From Octopus sinensis (Eukaryota), in contig NC_042998.1 of the NCBI RefSeq assembly GCF_006345805.1, forward strand, positions 7,254,001-7,318,000: a DNA stretch of 64,000 bases, given 5' to 3'. Shown here piece by piece: positions 49,693 through 63,187 of the stretch. A program made the position numbers and the translations under genes. How positions within the stretch are numbered: position 1 is the first letter of the stretch; each line of letters opens with the position of its first letter. The notes under the pieces were generated by a model that did no database searches, had not been told where the DNA came from, and saw only the letters and a program-made list of their open reading frames with translations.

Positions 49693-50064
49693 TATATCAT
49701 GAAATTAGCATTAGCTTATCTCACTCTTTCTCGCAGAGACCCTAAGAATCTTTTGCGGAACCCCAGTTGAGAAACACTGCTATAAAGCAAGCCCTTGACA
49801 ACAGTGTCTCTTACTATAGTGATGGTTTGAAGATGGTGGGTGTTGTACATTTTGCCATAAGTATAGTACATAATCTGCCAGCTCGCCGCCTTACTTCTAC
49901 CACTGATACCTATTTCTTTATTACCCCACAAGGGGCTAAACACAGAGGGGACAAACAAGGACAGACATAGGTATGAAGTCGATTAGCTCAACCCCACTAT
50001 GCAACTGGTACTTAATTTATCGAGCCCGAAAGGATGAAAGGTAAAGTTGACCTTGGTGGAATAA

Positions 50065-50242
50065 GTATAGTTCATAATGGAAATGCATGGGTTAATGTTG
50101 ACAAAAGCATCAGTTAGTATTGGCAGAAACATCACACTGAAGAGAGTGGGTGCAAGGACACAGCCTTGATTGACGTCATTTGTTTCTGAGAAGGCATCAA
50201 ATGACTTTCTGTTATCCAGTACACAGAGTACCATGATACCTG
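50065..50242 (-). mobile_element. RTE/BovB-type RT fragment
   Basis: FDAFSETNDVNQGCVLAPTLFSVMF resembles the BovB-type NGVKQGCVLAPTLFS motif. Confidence 0.7.
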
Positions 50243-50927
50243 TATGTATGCGTATATGTACATACATCTGTATGTGTGTATGTATGCATGTATGTATGTA
50301 TATATGTATGTATTATGCAAACATATATATTGTATGTATATATATTCTTTTTTTCTTACTTGTTTCAGTCATTTTGACTGTGGCCATGCTGGAGCACCGC
50401 CTTTAATCGAGCAACTCGACCCCGGGACTTATTCTTTGTAAGCCCAGTACTTATTCTATCAGTCTCTTTTGCCGAACCACTAAGTAACGGGGATATAAAC
50501 ACACCAGCATCGGTTGTCAAGCAATGCTAAGGGGACAAACACACACACACAAACATACACGCACATACATATATATACATATATACGACGGGCTTCTTTC
50601 AGTTTCAGTTTACCAAATCCACTCACAAGGCATTGGTTGGCCCGAGGCTAGAGTAGAAGACACTTGCCCAAGGTGCCACACAGTGGGACTGAACCCGGAA
50701 CCATGTGGTTAGTAAACAAGCTACTTACCACACAGCCACTCCTGCACCTTTATATATATATGCACAGGACCTATGGGTTCACCCGGTACATCAGTCTGAG
50801 GATGAGGAAGGGTCTAGAGATTCAGGAAAGGGCTCTGTGAATTCTTGATGTGAGGAGGAGGTTCCACCTACTTCCCATATGGGACCCAAAAGCAACCTCA
50901 TTCTGTCTTGCAAAGTTCCTCTCCAGG

Positions 50928-50986
<59 letters not shown>

Positions 50987-51400
50987 AAACGTGTGTGGGA
51001 TACGTGTTTAATACCTCTCTCTCCTTATATATATATACAAAATAAGGAATAAGAATATGAATTTGAGGCAAAACATTTTACCTTCGCCCATATTATACAA
51101 TAAATGAATTAATTGCATTGCAATTCTTAGCATTTATGTATTATCCTTCTGGGTACTTTACTGGCAGTATATTGGATAAATGATATCCCAAAGTGGGTTA
51201 CACTCATAACCCCTATCTCACTTTGTATATATATATAGGCGCAGAAGTAACTATGTAGTAAGAGGCTTGATTCCCAACCACATGGTTCAGGTTTCAGTCC
51301 CACTGCGTGGCACCTTATGCAACTGTCTTCTACTATAGCCTTGGGCCAACAAAAGCCTTGTGAGTGGATTTAGAAGACGGAAACTAAAAGAAGCTCGTCG

Positions 51401-51436
<36 letters not shown>

Positions 51437-51681
51437 TGTATGTATGTATGTATGTATGTATGTATGTATGTATGCATGCATGTATGTATTTATCCCCTCA
51501 GTATTGCCTGACAACCGAAGTCGGTGTGTTTACGTCCCTGTAACTTAGCGTTTCGGCAAAAGAGACCGATAGAATAAGTACCAGGCTTCCAAAGAATAAG
51601 TCCTGGGTTTGATTTGTTCAAGAAAAGCGGTGCTCTAGCATGGCCGCAGTCAAATGACTGAGACAAGTAAAAGAAATATAG

Positions 51682-51722
<41 letters not shown>

Positions 51723-53601
51723 TATATACACACACACATTCATGTTTTTAGCATTGTTTTTCCTATTTGCATCACTAAACCTGTACGTATATAAATATAT
51801 ATTTATACACACCTACATATATATACACATACAATTTACACAATTAGATCTTATCGTATGCATTTATATATATATTGGATCTTATTCATTTTTCCCTGTA
51901 CAGCCTGCTACTCATAGCTCAAATTATCTATTTCCATTATTATTATTATTACCTGTCTTTGTGCCCATCAAGCCGTTTTATCAACATCCAAATAACAATA
52001 ATAAAAAAAAACTGGCCTCCTCTGTTTGTTTACCATTTATCAGTTAATCAATCTTTTCCACCCATAGTTTAATTCACAAGCACAAAATGGCTATGCTAGG
52101 CTGACTAGACTAGATTAGCTTAGATTCGGCGAGGCTAGTTAACTTCTTTCAGTTTCACTTTCTAAATATAAACCTCTGCACGTGTTATAGTTATTTATAC
52201 CCGCAGTGTATAATGTCTGTTTCTGTCCAAAGCAGTTTCGTACTGGCACTCAACTGAAGAATTTGGTTTTTTTGGTTCTTACCATACATCGTACATTTCT
52301 CTCTTCATTTTCAAAGACGTTTCTGCCCTCTTACTCAGCATCTACTGTTGTTTTTGCTGTGGAGATGGTCGTATTTTATATCTATCGGTCCATCTGGTCA
52401 GCATTTTCGCCCACTGAATGTCGACAAACTCAATTTATAAACAAATCACTTCACCTTGCCATGTAACACTCACACACACACAATCATACACACACATATA
52501 TATACACATTGATATAGAAATATACATGTGTATGTGTGCGTATGGATGTATATCCAAAGGATTCAGACCGTGTGCTTTTTTTTTCCTTGTCCTACAAATG
52601 CGGCTATCGTTTTATATTTTCCAGCCAAATCTAAGGTAGGGGTTCGTTCTTCATCCAAGTTCTGCCCTTTCTCTGTTTATCTCTTTCTGTTTTTATAACA
52701 ATAATGATAATAATAATAATAACATTAATAATAACTAATAATAATAATAATATAAATGCTAATAATAGATATTTTCATTTCGACTTGATATTAGATATTG
52801 CTCTTTAAATATAAACCATACAGGAAGATTTCCATGACTAGACATATATGAATGTGTGTGTGTGTGGAGAGAAAGAGGGAGATAAATATATATTTATCTA
52901 TATATATAAATATAAATATAGATATACATGCATATAAAGATATAAATAGATTTGAATATATATTTATATCTACGTATCTATCTATATATATACATGTGTG
53001 TGTGCGTGAGACAGAGAGAGAGAGAATTTGTGTATGTATGTTCGCATCAAGAGCTTCTTTATATTGCATGGAAGGTTTAATTAGGAACAAGAGAAAAAAA
53101 GCCCCGACCAAAATACAGCGAATCTAAATAAAGATTTCAACCGTGGAATACAACAAATCTATTTTTGACACAGCCTTGTCTTATAATAAAACTTCGATCT
53201 TTTCCATATGGACATCACTCTAAAGTTAAAATCTATATTTATGTTGCGTATAATACAATATGTGAATATACTATGCATATTTATTATATCCAAAGCTGAA
53301 AAAATATTTTTTAATATTTATCCAGTCTGTAATTAAGTTTACTGTGAAGATATAAAAATATAACTTATAGGTTTTAATTTTTATCTAATTTCTTCTCATC
53401 TTCACTAATTATAAACTGGATGTCTCTACGGTACTCGTTTATTTTTGAAAAAACATTTGTTTTGTTTATAAACATTATTATTAGCTATTTTGCTTAAACC
53501 TTTAAAGTTCTGTATTTTTGTGCGGCTTAAAAATAATTTTTTTATTGTTTTTCGGAAGTTCAAAATTATTTTATCAATTCTGATAGTTGCAGGTAAAATA
53601 T

Positions 53602-53652
<51 letters not shown>

Positions 53653-53796
53653 GGTATCAGGAGGTGTGAGTCCTAGGAGGGGTGGGGTGCTAATTGGACG
53701 CAAGCTGGGGCTTGCTTTAGCAATCCCGTCTGGGCCGCTTGGGTGAGGGTATCTGATTGTTGATGGACCCGAAACAGTGTTCCCTGTAAACATCAT

Positions 53797-53844
<48 letters not shown>

Positions 53845-54244
53845 TATATATATATTATTTATAAATATATATTTATAAATAAGGATAATATCGATATTTA
53901 AATATCGGTATTATCAAGTGGCCAGCATGGGAATAAGTACCATACAAAGGTAATCATTTTTTACAATTTTTACAACTATTATCTCATGGTGCGATACGAA
54001 CATTTTAAGGTGGTTCTTAGAGTCAGGGATTTGACTGCTATTTCGGCATGGTGGTGTCTCTCAGACACCCTTATTTTTAGTTTTATATATATATATATAT
54101 ATATATATGGGGGGGGGGGTATATATATATATGTGGGGGGGGGGTATATATATATATACACACACACATACCATTTATTGATCATATATATATATATGTA
54201 TATATATGTGTGTGTGTGTGTGTGTGTACCCACACACACGCAAA

Positions 54245-54291
<47 letters not shown>

Positions 54292-54719
54292 GAAATGTAA
54301 ACAAAATTGAGTATAAACCCAGTTGGTGCGTTTGAAGATATAATTTTTATGAATGAATGAGTAACACCATTTTTTCCGCTGTCCATGTGTTTCTAATTTT
54401 GATGTAGGTGTAAGAAAAAGAAAAAAAAAACAGATAAAGGAAACAAACAATGCCACTGGTACTTTGTACTCGTTCTAATAATTAACGTGTCTTTTCTTTC
54501 TTCGTTCCGTTTGCTTTGTTGCTGAGAAACAACATTGTTTATATCAATTCAAACTATATTCAAAAATACATTGTTTACGACCAATGCTTCCGCGCACTTC
54601 TCTCTCTCTCTCTCTCCACCTTTTCCTAAATGTTTAAATTAAGAAAGAGGCAGGCTTTGTTTGTTTGTGTGTGTGTGTGTGTGTGTGAACTAAACGATTA
54701 TCTCACAGCCAGTGTTTGG

Positions 54720-54777
54720 CTATAAATAAACCTAGGAAGCAGAAGTCTGCAGCTGTGTGGTCTGTAGCTAAAAATAA
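54720..54777. promoter_or_regulatory. Candidate MEF2 - E-box - MEF2 cluster (first site also TATA-like)
   Basis: CTATAAATAA (54720-54729) and CTAAAAATAA (54768-54777) both fit YTAWWWWTAR, with CAGCTG at 54750-54755 between them, in SINE-free sequence. Confidence 0.35.
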
Positions 54778-55819
54778 ACCATCATTCTTAGATCAATGTG
54801 CTACTGGAAACAAGCACAGGCAGTTTTAGTTTGACTGGGTTTGGGTTTTTTTTTGTTCGTTGTTATTGTTGGTGGTGGTGGTTTTTCTTTTTTTTTTGTT
54901 TCATTTCTTCTCTTTCCGAAGATGATTTGACACGGAAAGAGGAAAAAAAGTGTCAGAGAAGTGGATGAGGAAAGAAAGAGAAAGAGGGAGATAGAGAGAC
55001 AGAGCCCGGGAGAAAAAGAGAGGGGGAGGACGGAAGAGATAAAGAAATAGAGAGAAAGGGTGAAGAGAAGAGGATCAATAATGGCTTGATTTCTTCGAGA
55101 CAGACAGACAGAGAGAAAGACGATGATGGTCTCCAAGGGACATTCTTCTATTAAAAATATTTCGCCACCATTTATTTAATGTTTGTCGTTGGCTTATTAA
55201 CTGATTTTCTTTTTTTTTGGTAATGTTATTCCTTCTTTATTTTGTCACCTTATTTCTTTTTTTCTTAATATTTTTAATTGGCAGAAATAAGTGGAAAATT
55301 CTGTTATTAGTTGATGTAATTCAAACTTCGGTTATCTTGGTTCACCCCCACCGCTTTATTTCTTACTCTCCATCTTTGCTCGACTCCTTTCCTAATTATT
55401 TTGTTTTAGATTTCTATCGGTACCACTCAGGTGTTTAAGATATTTCTGTTTCTTCTTTTCTTCATCGATTACTTAAATAAATTTTAATTCTGTTAATTAA
55501 AAAAAATATGGTTGTAATTAAGTTGTTGGGTGACGATTAGACGAAAGAAGACGGCCACAATGTGACGTACAAAGATGGGAAAGCAGATGGTATTTCTCAG
55601 ATATTCTAACACCCTCCATTTTCTTGTGCCAAAAGATATCTTAATACAAGATTTTGGTTTACAATGGAATAATAATAATAAACCTTGCGAAATATTGCCA
55701 CTCTTGCTCACTCTCACCTTCGAATGATTATCACAACTGCCACAAACCACAGTCGTGTCCCGGCACCACAGAGCACCGTCGCCACCAGCAGCGCAAGCAC
55801 CATATCCCGGCACTGCTGA

Positions 55820-55970
55820 CATCCACCGTTACTACCACGACCACCACCGCCACCACCACCACCACGACCAATATCACCGCCACCACCACCACCACGATCA
55901 CCAATATCACCACCGCAACCACCACCCTCGTTTCCACCACTACCACCACCACCACCACCACCATCACTAT
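55820..55970. repeat. (ACC)n-rich trinucleotide tract
   Basis: Directly visible; source of the poly-T, poly-H, poly-G and poly-V ORFs. Confidence 0.95.
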
Positions 55971-56342
55971 CAAACATAAATGGTGTCGGAAAATATGTCA
56001 TTTTAAAGAATGAAATTTGTAATATGGATGGGAACCAAGGATGTAATAAGGAAAAGCAAGATAGTTCCTCCGTTAACGATGTACAAAGGAGCAACGGGAA
56101 ATACTGATTCTGCATGAAATTCTTGGGAATCTAAAATTTTGCAGGTCAGTTTGTTCCTTAAAAGAAAGAAAGGAGAGAAAAAAAAGAAAGTATGTAGAAA
56201 ACATCGTCGCTGTTTAACGTCTCTTTTTACTCCTACCTTTTCGATCGATCTATGTAACATGTCTTTTTCCTTCATCTTTCGGTTTATCTACCCATATTTC
56301 GGTTTCTCACAAACTACATACATACACGTATATATATATATA

Positions 56343-56407
<65 letters not shown>

Positions 56408-56698
56408 CAACGCACAAACACACAATGGAAAGAATGAACAGTTAAACACACACGGATGTTTTGTGCAATCTCTCTCTCTCTCTCTCTCCAACTTTAATCG
56501 ACAAGTCTCGGATCCTTTCTCTTTCCGCCTTGCTCTCCTTCCTCTTGGCATTACAATTTTCTATTTTAATTACCTTTTTCTTCTTCTTCTCCTTCACTTT
56601 CACTTTACGACCCGATGTGCCGTGTGTGCTTTGTTGCTTCAGCAGTAAGGAAAATATTGCTGTTATCAACAAAGCTGCCCTATATTCAATACCGTGTC

Positions 56699-56736
<38 letters not shown>

Positions 56737-57059
56737 TGTGTATGTACCTTGGTTACCCCTTCGTTGATTGATACATTTGTCATCATTGGCAGTCAGCCTC
56801 TCTTGTTTTCAATGCCTCCCCACTTTCGCAGAAACAAACACCCCGCTGCCACTGCCGTGCGAACGTGCGTGTGTGCGTGCACACGCACATACTCGCGTAC
56901 GCATTGATTTTTCTGATATTCTTTCTCTTAGTAATAATACTATAAAGGTTTGTGCGAATATAAATATAAGCCTTCGATAGAATATACCTGCATGTGTTTG
57001 CCTCAGTTCACCGAAAGAAAAGAAAGAAAATGTTCTATTTCTCTCAGTTTTTATATACA

Positions 57060-57081
57060 TAGATAGATAGATAAATTCACA

Positions 57082-57145
<64 letters not shown>

Positions 57146-57215
57146 ATATATCTATCTACCTACCTACCTACCTATCTATCTATCTATCTATCTATATATC
57201 TATCTATCTACCTAC

Positions 57216-57294
<79 letters not shown>

Positions 57295-57404
57295 CTATCT
57301 ATCTACCTACCTACCTATCTATCTATCTACCTACCTACCTACCTACCTACCTACCTACCTACCTATCTATCTAGCTACCTACCTACCTACCTACCTATCT
57401 ATCT

Positions 57405-57456
<52 letters not shown>

Positions 57457-57490
57457 CCTACCTAAATATCTATCTATCTATCTATCTATC

Positions 57491-57522
<32 letters not shown>
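57060..57522. repeat. (ATCT/ACCT)n tetranucleotide microsatellite flanked by short (GATA)n
   Basis: Directly visible; orientation flips at about 57491. Confidence 0.98.
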
Positions 57523-59357
57523 GGGGTGTGAATTTGAGACTTATAGAGTAATCGAACTGCGAAGACAAATTTCGATAGCACCAATTTCGATTGCTCAAAC
57601 TGTGGTTACACTTCCCTTAATAATTCCATCAAGTAAAGCTCAAAAGTCTCACAGTCTTCTATTTTCTTTCTTTTAATTGCAAGCGAAGTATTAATAAGTG
57701 AAAATAAATTATTCGGTGTATGTTTCTTCTGTATTAACTTGGGAATTCTCTTTTTCTATTCACCCATCACTTTCTCTCTCTCTCTCTCTTTTGCTCTATC
57801 GTTCTCTCTTTCTCCCTTTCACCACCACCACCACTTCGACCATACGCATACATAATGCCTTTGGGTCTAAACATTATTTATAAATATTACCTAACCTCTG
57901 TATAAATGGTAAAGGAAAGCAATGGTATGACTATTTTCCGTATTATTTTTCTTGTATATGTATATACGGTCTAACAACAATAATAATATTGTCTGTTAAT
58001 AGAATCAAAATATTTAACATATGCTCGTTTGAATCTACATTCTTTTGACTTGAACTTCCAGCCAGTGATTGAAGTCTGTGATATCTTCGAAGATAATTCG
58101 ACCCAAAGCATCTAATTACCAATGTGTATAGTGATGACGTCTTGTATTATTATAACTACACAAACTAGTGTTGTTGTTTTTTTGTTTGGTACAACTCTTA
58201 ATTTCTTTTGTTTGTCCCATTATTTTAATCAATTCTGTTAAAGAAAGGGAGAGGGAGGGAGAAAGAGAGTGAGAGAGAGAGAGAGAGATTGTAGGATTAA
58301 CTCCAAACCTAATAGCGTATCAGTTATGTCCTGGCTGCTACAAATATCCAGATATGATATTTTTATGATTCATTGACTCTGGTGCTGCGAAAGGTCAAGT
58401 CTTGCTGAGAAGCAACCAAACTAAATTCTTCTCTTCAATACTCCAAGCTTGTTTGCTCTTCACTTCAACATGGAACCAACATTCTTTCATTTAGAATTCG
58501 GAAGTGTATTTTTATGAAAAGCTTCTTGAAGTTGATACCTTGAATTCACAATATGTAGATTTATATCTTAGCAGTATTATTGGAAAAGATGGTAAGTGCG
58601 AGAGAGAGATAAGTGGACAGGTTGTTGTTGTTGTCGTTTTTGTTGTTAGAGATTGTAAACTTCTTAAAGAAAATGTTGATATTATGCTTGGAGGTATAAG
58701 TCAGTAGATATGTCAAAATATGTGTTATGATGATATTTTTGGCAATCAGTTAGTAAGAATTACACTGGGTCTAATTACAACGATGAATATTTAAGATAGC
58801 TTTGTTAGATTTATTGCAGGCATATTGATAACGGAACTAATTATTGTTACATTAAACACAGTCTATGACGTATTTTTGGATCTTTTTCTCTTAGTGATAG
58901 CAAAAAAGATAACCAATTGTAGAGAAATGGCAGATTTCCTGATGTTTATTTATGAGAAGTTGTATAGAAAATTTAAAGAGTATGAAGTAAACATTTTTGA
59001 AAACGTATTAAATTTAGGAAAAAGGGTTCAGATAAGACACAGAAATTACAAAAATTAGCTGTGGTGAAATTTTAGGATATACAAATAATGCAAGTGATTG
59101 GATTTGAGTAATTATAAACCAACTAAATTGCTTCTTTACAATTAGTTACCAATCTTTTAACTTGGTAATGTTTAACAGATTGTATTTTCTAAAAGTTACT
59201 TTCAGACAATTCTTCCAAATTTTGGCACAAGGCCAGCAAGTTACTTTTTAATGTTAAAAACTTAATAAGCTAGAAAATTAACGATTTTTATCATTTATAA
59301 GAATCTGTTTAGTTAGTAATAGTGCATTATTATCATTATTATTATTATTATTATTAT

Positions 59358-60255
59358 TCCGCCGAAGTCGACTTCGCATTTCATCCTTTCGGGGTCGATA
59401 AATTAAGTACCAGTTGCGTACTGGGGTCGATCTAATCGACTGGTCCCCTCCCGAAAAATTTGGACCTTGTGCTTAGAGTAGAAAAGAATATTATTATTAT
59501 TATTATTATCATCATCATCATCATTAAAATGGTGAGCTGGCAGAATCGTTGGCACGCCGGGTGAAATCCTTAATGGTATTTCTTTGTCTTTGTGGTCTGA
59601 GCTCAAATTCTGCCGAGGTCAACTTTGCCTTTCATCTTTTATGGGGTCGATAAATTAAGTACCAGTGAATCAGTGGGGTTGATGTAATTGACTCGTCCCC
59701 ACCCTGCAAAGTTTCGGGTCTTGTGTCTATAGTAGAAAGGATTATTATTATTATTACTACTACTACTACTACTATTTTTATTATTAGTATTATTATCATC
59801 ATCATCATGGTGAGCTGGCAGAATTGTTCGCACACTGGACAAGATGCTAGCGGCATTTCTTTCGGCTTTATGTTCTGAGTTCAAATTCCACTGAGGTCAT
59901 CTTTGTTTTTCCTCCTTTCGGGGGTCAATAAAATAAGTAATAGTTGATTGATGGTTGTTAATGTAATCAATTACTTCACCATCCTAAAATATTTCAAGTC
60001 TTGTGCTTAAAAGTAGAGAGAATTATTATTATTATTGGCGAGTTGGCAGAATCGTTAGCGCACCAGACGAAATGCTTAGCGGTATTCCGCCCGTTAATGC
60101 TACGTTCTGAGTTCAAATTCCGCTGAGGTCGGCTTTACCTTTCATTCTTTCGGTGTCGATAACATAAGTACCAGCTGAATACTGGGGTCGATGTAATCGA
60201 CTCAGACCTCCCCTCCAAAATTGCTGCCCTTGTGGCAAAATTCGAAACCATTATA
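59358..60255 (+). mobile_element. Four consecutive same-orientation SINE family C copies separated by (ATT/ATC)n tails
   Basis: Cores at about 59370, 59620, 59900 and 60130; each copy begins in the preceding simple-repeat tail. Confidence 0.8.
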
Positions 60256-60686
60256 ATGATTATTATTGTTGTTATTATCATTGTTACTTTAAATATTAAC
60301 CAATTCTTTATATTTTTGAGTTCTTAAACCTTATGTCTTTCTACAAGTAATATGGTAAGGTACTAGTGTGTATAACTATTAATACTGCTATTCAATTGAT
60401 GGGAGAATAAGTAATTAACTGCACCACCACCCCCAGCTCCCACCACTATCACGGAAAAGATCTCTTTAATTACATAAAGAAACCCCTATAAACAGACTTT
60501 TACTCTTTTACTTGTTTCAGCCATTTGACTGCGGCCATGCTGGAGCACCGCCTTTAGTCGAGCAACTCGACCCCGGGACTTATTCTTTGTAAGCCCAGTA
60601 CTTATTCTATCGGTCTGTTTTGCCGAACCGCTAAGTGACGGGGACATAAACACACCAGCATCGGTTGTCAAGCAATGCTAGGAGGA

Positions 60687-60727
<41 letters not shown>

Positions 60728-60748
60728 CACACACACACACACACACAC

Positions 60749-60788
<40 letters not shown>

Positions 60789-60791
60789 AAG

Positions 60792-60822
<31 letters not shown>

Positions 60823-60824
60823 AG

Positions 60825-60915
<91 letters not shown>

Positions 60916-62049
60916 ATACATATATATATAATATATATATATATATAATATATATATATATAAAGATACATATATACGACGGGCTTCTTTCAGTTTCCGT
61001 CTACCAAATCCACTCACAAGGCTTTGGTCGGCTCGAGGCTATAGTAGAAGATACTTACCCAAAGTGCCACGAAGTGGGTCTGAACCCGGAACCATGTGGT
61101 TAGTAAGCAAGCTACTTACCACACAGCCACTCCTGCACCTAATATTGACTGACTAATATTTGTCATTTACAATATCGTAGTTTGAAAGTTACCATTTTTA
61201 TGGTAGAGATAAGATAACAGAAACTGATTGTCGTCATTTTCATTCACAGAAGAAAAAAAAAACCTATTTTATATTTAATAATTAATCATCGACCACAAGT
61301 TAACTTTCGTCTATGTTTTTGTTTACATTCTGCATGTGTGGGTTGTTATGTGTTGAGGGTAAAAGTGTGTATACATACGTATGTTTATATTAAATCCGGG
61401 AAAAAATTTGTCCTGATATTTCGTCTAAGAGGGGGTTGAAAATATGTTATTGATTCTATAAATATAATGCAAATACAGTTTAAACATTTTAAATCAAAAT
61501 ATCACCAGCTGGAATTGAGTGGGATTTGTGTAGGTTGATGATAACCGACAAAAGGGAGGCTGGACTTGATGATGCCTGTTGCTGAACCTACAAGCAATAG
61601 TGAGTGATGCAGTGGTGGTTATTGTTATGATGACGATGATGGTGATGGTGATTATGTTGTCATAAGTTATCGTTGCGAAATACGTCTACAAATAATAGGT
61701 TGGCTATAAAACTGCTGATTGGTGTAATAAATCAGGAGGAAATAAAACACTCAGAGCAAATACCACGGAAGATTGGATAGTGTTAATGTGTAGGTGTATA
61801 CATTCGTATATTTATGTATGTATCTGTATATACACATACATACATATATATGTGTGTGTGTGTGTAATATATATAATCATCATCATTATCATTTAACGTC
61901 CATTTTCCATGCTAGCATGGGTTGGACGGTTCAACTGGGGTCTGGGAAGCCAGAAGGCTGCGCCAGGCCCAGTCTGATCTGGCAGTGTTTCTACGGCTGG
62001 ATGCCCTTCCTAACGCCAACCACTCCGAGAGTGTAGTGGGTGATTTTAT

Positions 62050-62412
62050 GTGCCACCGACACAGGTGCCAGACGAGGCTGGCAGACGGTCACGCTCGGAT
62101 GGTGTTTTTTATGTGCCACCGACACAGGTGCCAGACGAGGCTGGCGAACGGCCACGCTCGGATGGTGTTTTTTACGTGCCACCGACACAGGTGCCAGACG
62201 AGGCTGGCAGACGGTCACGCTCGGATGGTGTTTTTTATGTGCCACCGACACAGGTGCCAGACGAGGCTGGCAGACGGTCACGCTCGGATGGTGTTTTTTA
62301 TGTGCCACCGACACAGGTGCCAGACGAGGCTGGCAGACAGCCACGCTCGGATGGTGTTTTCAGTGTTTTCTTATGCGCCACCGACACAGGTGCCAGACGA
62401 GGCTGGCGAACG
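62050..62412 (-). repeat. 63-bp minisatellite (five full units plus a partial) inside a family D copy
   Basis: The gtgccaccgacac anchor occurs at 62050, 62113, 62176, 62239 and 62302, with a variant near 62375. Confidence 0.93.
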
Positions 62413-62573
62413 GCTATATATATATATATATATATATTATCATCATCATCTTTCAATGTCTGTTTTCCATGGCAGCATGGGTTGAATGGTTTGAAAGGAC
62501 CTGGTGAGCCACAGGGCTACATTGGGCTCTAACATCAACTTATATATATATGTGTGTGTGTGTGTTTACACAC

Positions 62574-62619
<46 letters not shown>

Positions 62620-62899
62620 TACGTACACACAAAACACACACACTCACATATTATTGGCTTCATTCATAAAGGCAACATGTAACATCTATGAACCGGATTC
62701 TTCTCATGTGGTGTAGCTTGGAATTCAATCTCTTGACTTTCAGTTTTGTAAGAAATCAGCTTCATAAACAATTTCATAATTAAAAAAAAAAGTGATGATC
62801 CAAGCAGCAATAAACTTTGGTTATTGTTCTTAGAATAACAACGTAAGAACATAATAAAAACAACTTTAACATTTGCTATGTGATACTAATTATATGATA

Positions 62900-63187
62900 C
62901 TAGCAGTATCGCCCGGCGTTGTTCGGGTTTGTAAGGGAAATAACTATATAAGCATTTTTAGAGACTTATAGCCAAAAAATGCATTAAAAATGGAAAAAAA
63001 ATTATGGTAAATTTTTTTTAAATCGTAGACTCATCGTAGACGTGCGCTAATACCCAGAAGGGCTCGATATGAATCACGACTATAAGATACCCGGTTTTGG
63101 TTAAACTGCACCGCAAAATGTGGGAGTAGTTAGGAATCTAAATCGTAGGAGACAGACAGAACACAACCTTTCTTTTATATATAAAGA
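62900..63187 (-). mobile_element. Non-autonomous Helitron
   Basis: Same family as 14623-14924: A|TC start, hairpin and CTAG|T end. Confidence 0.85.

Noticed and set aside
53735-53790. Hammerhead-like gggt..accc GAAAC agt GTT in a TA-embedded insert
   Set aside because: The CUGANGA box is absent (tgggtga) and stem I is not evident; at best a remote remnant.
55493-56115. His-, Thr-, Gly- and Val-rich ORFs
   Set aside because: They are translations of an (ACC)n tract, with no recognisable domain.
61922-62532. Long overlapping ORFs with 21-aa repeats
   Set aside because: They result from a 63-bp minisatellite that is open in several frames inside a retroelement UTR.
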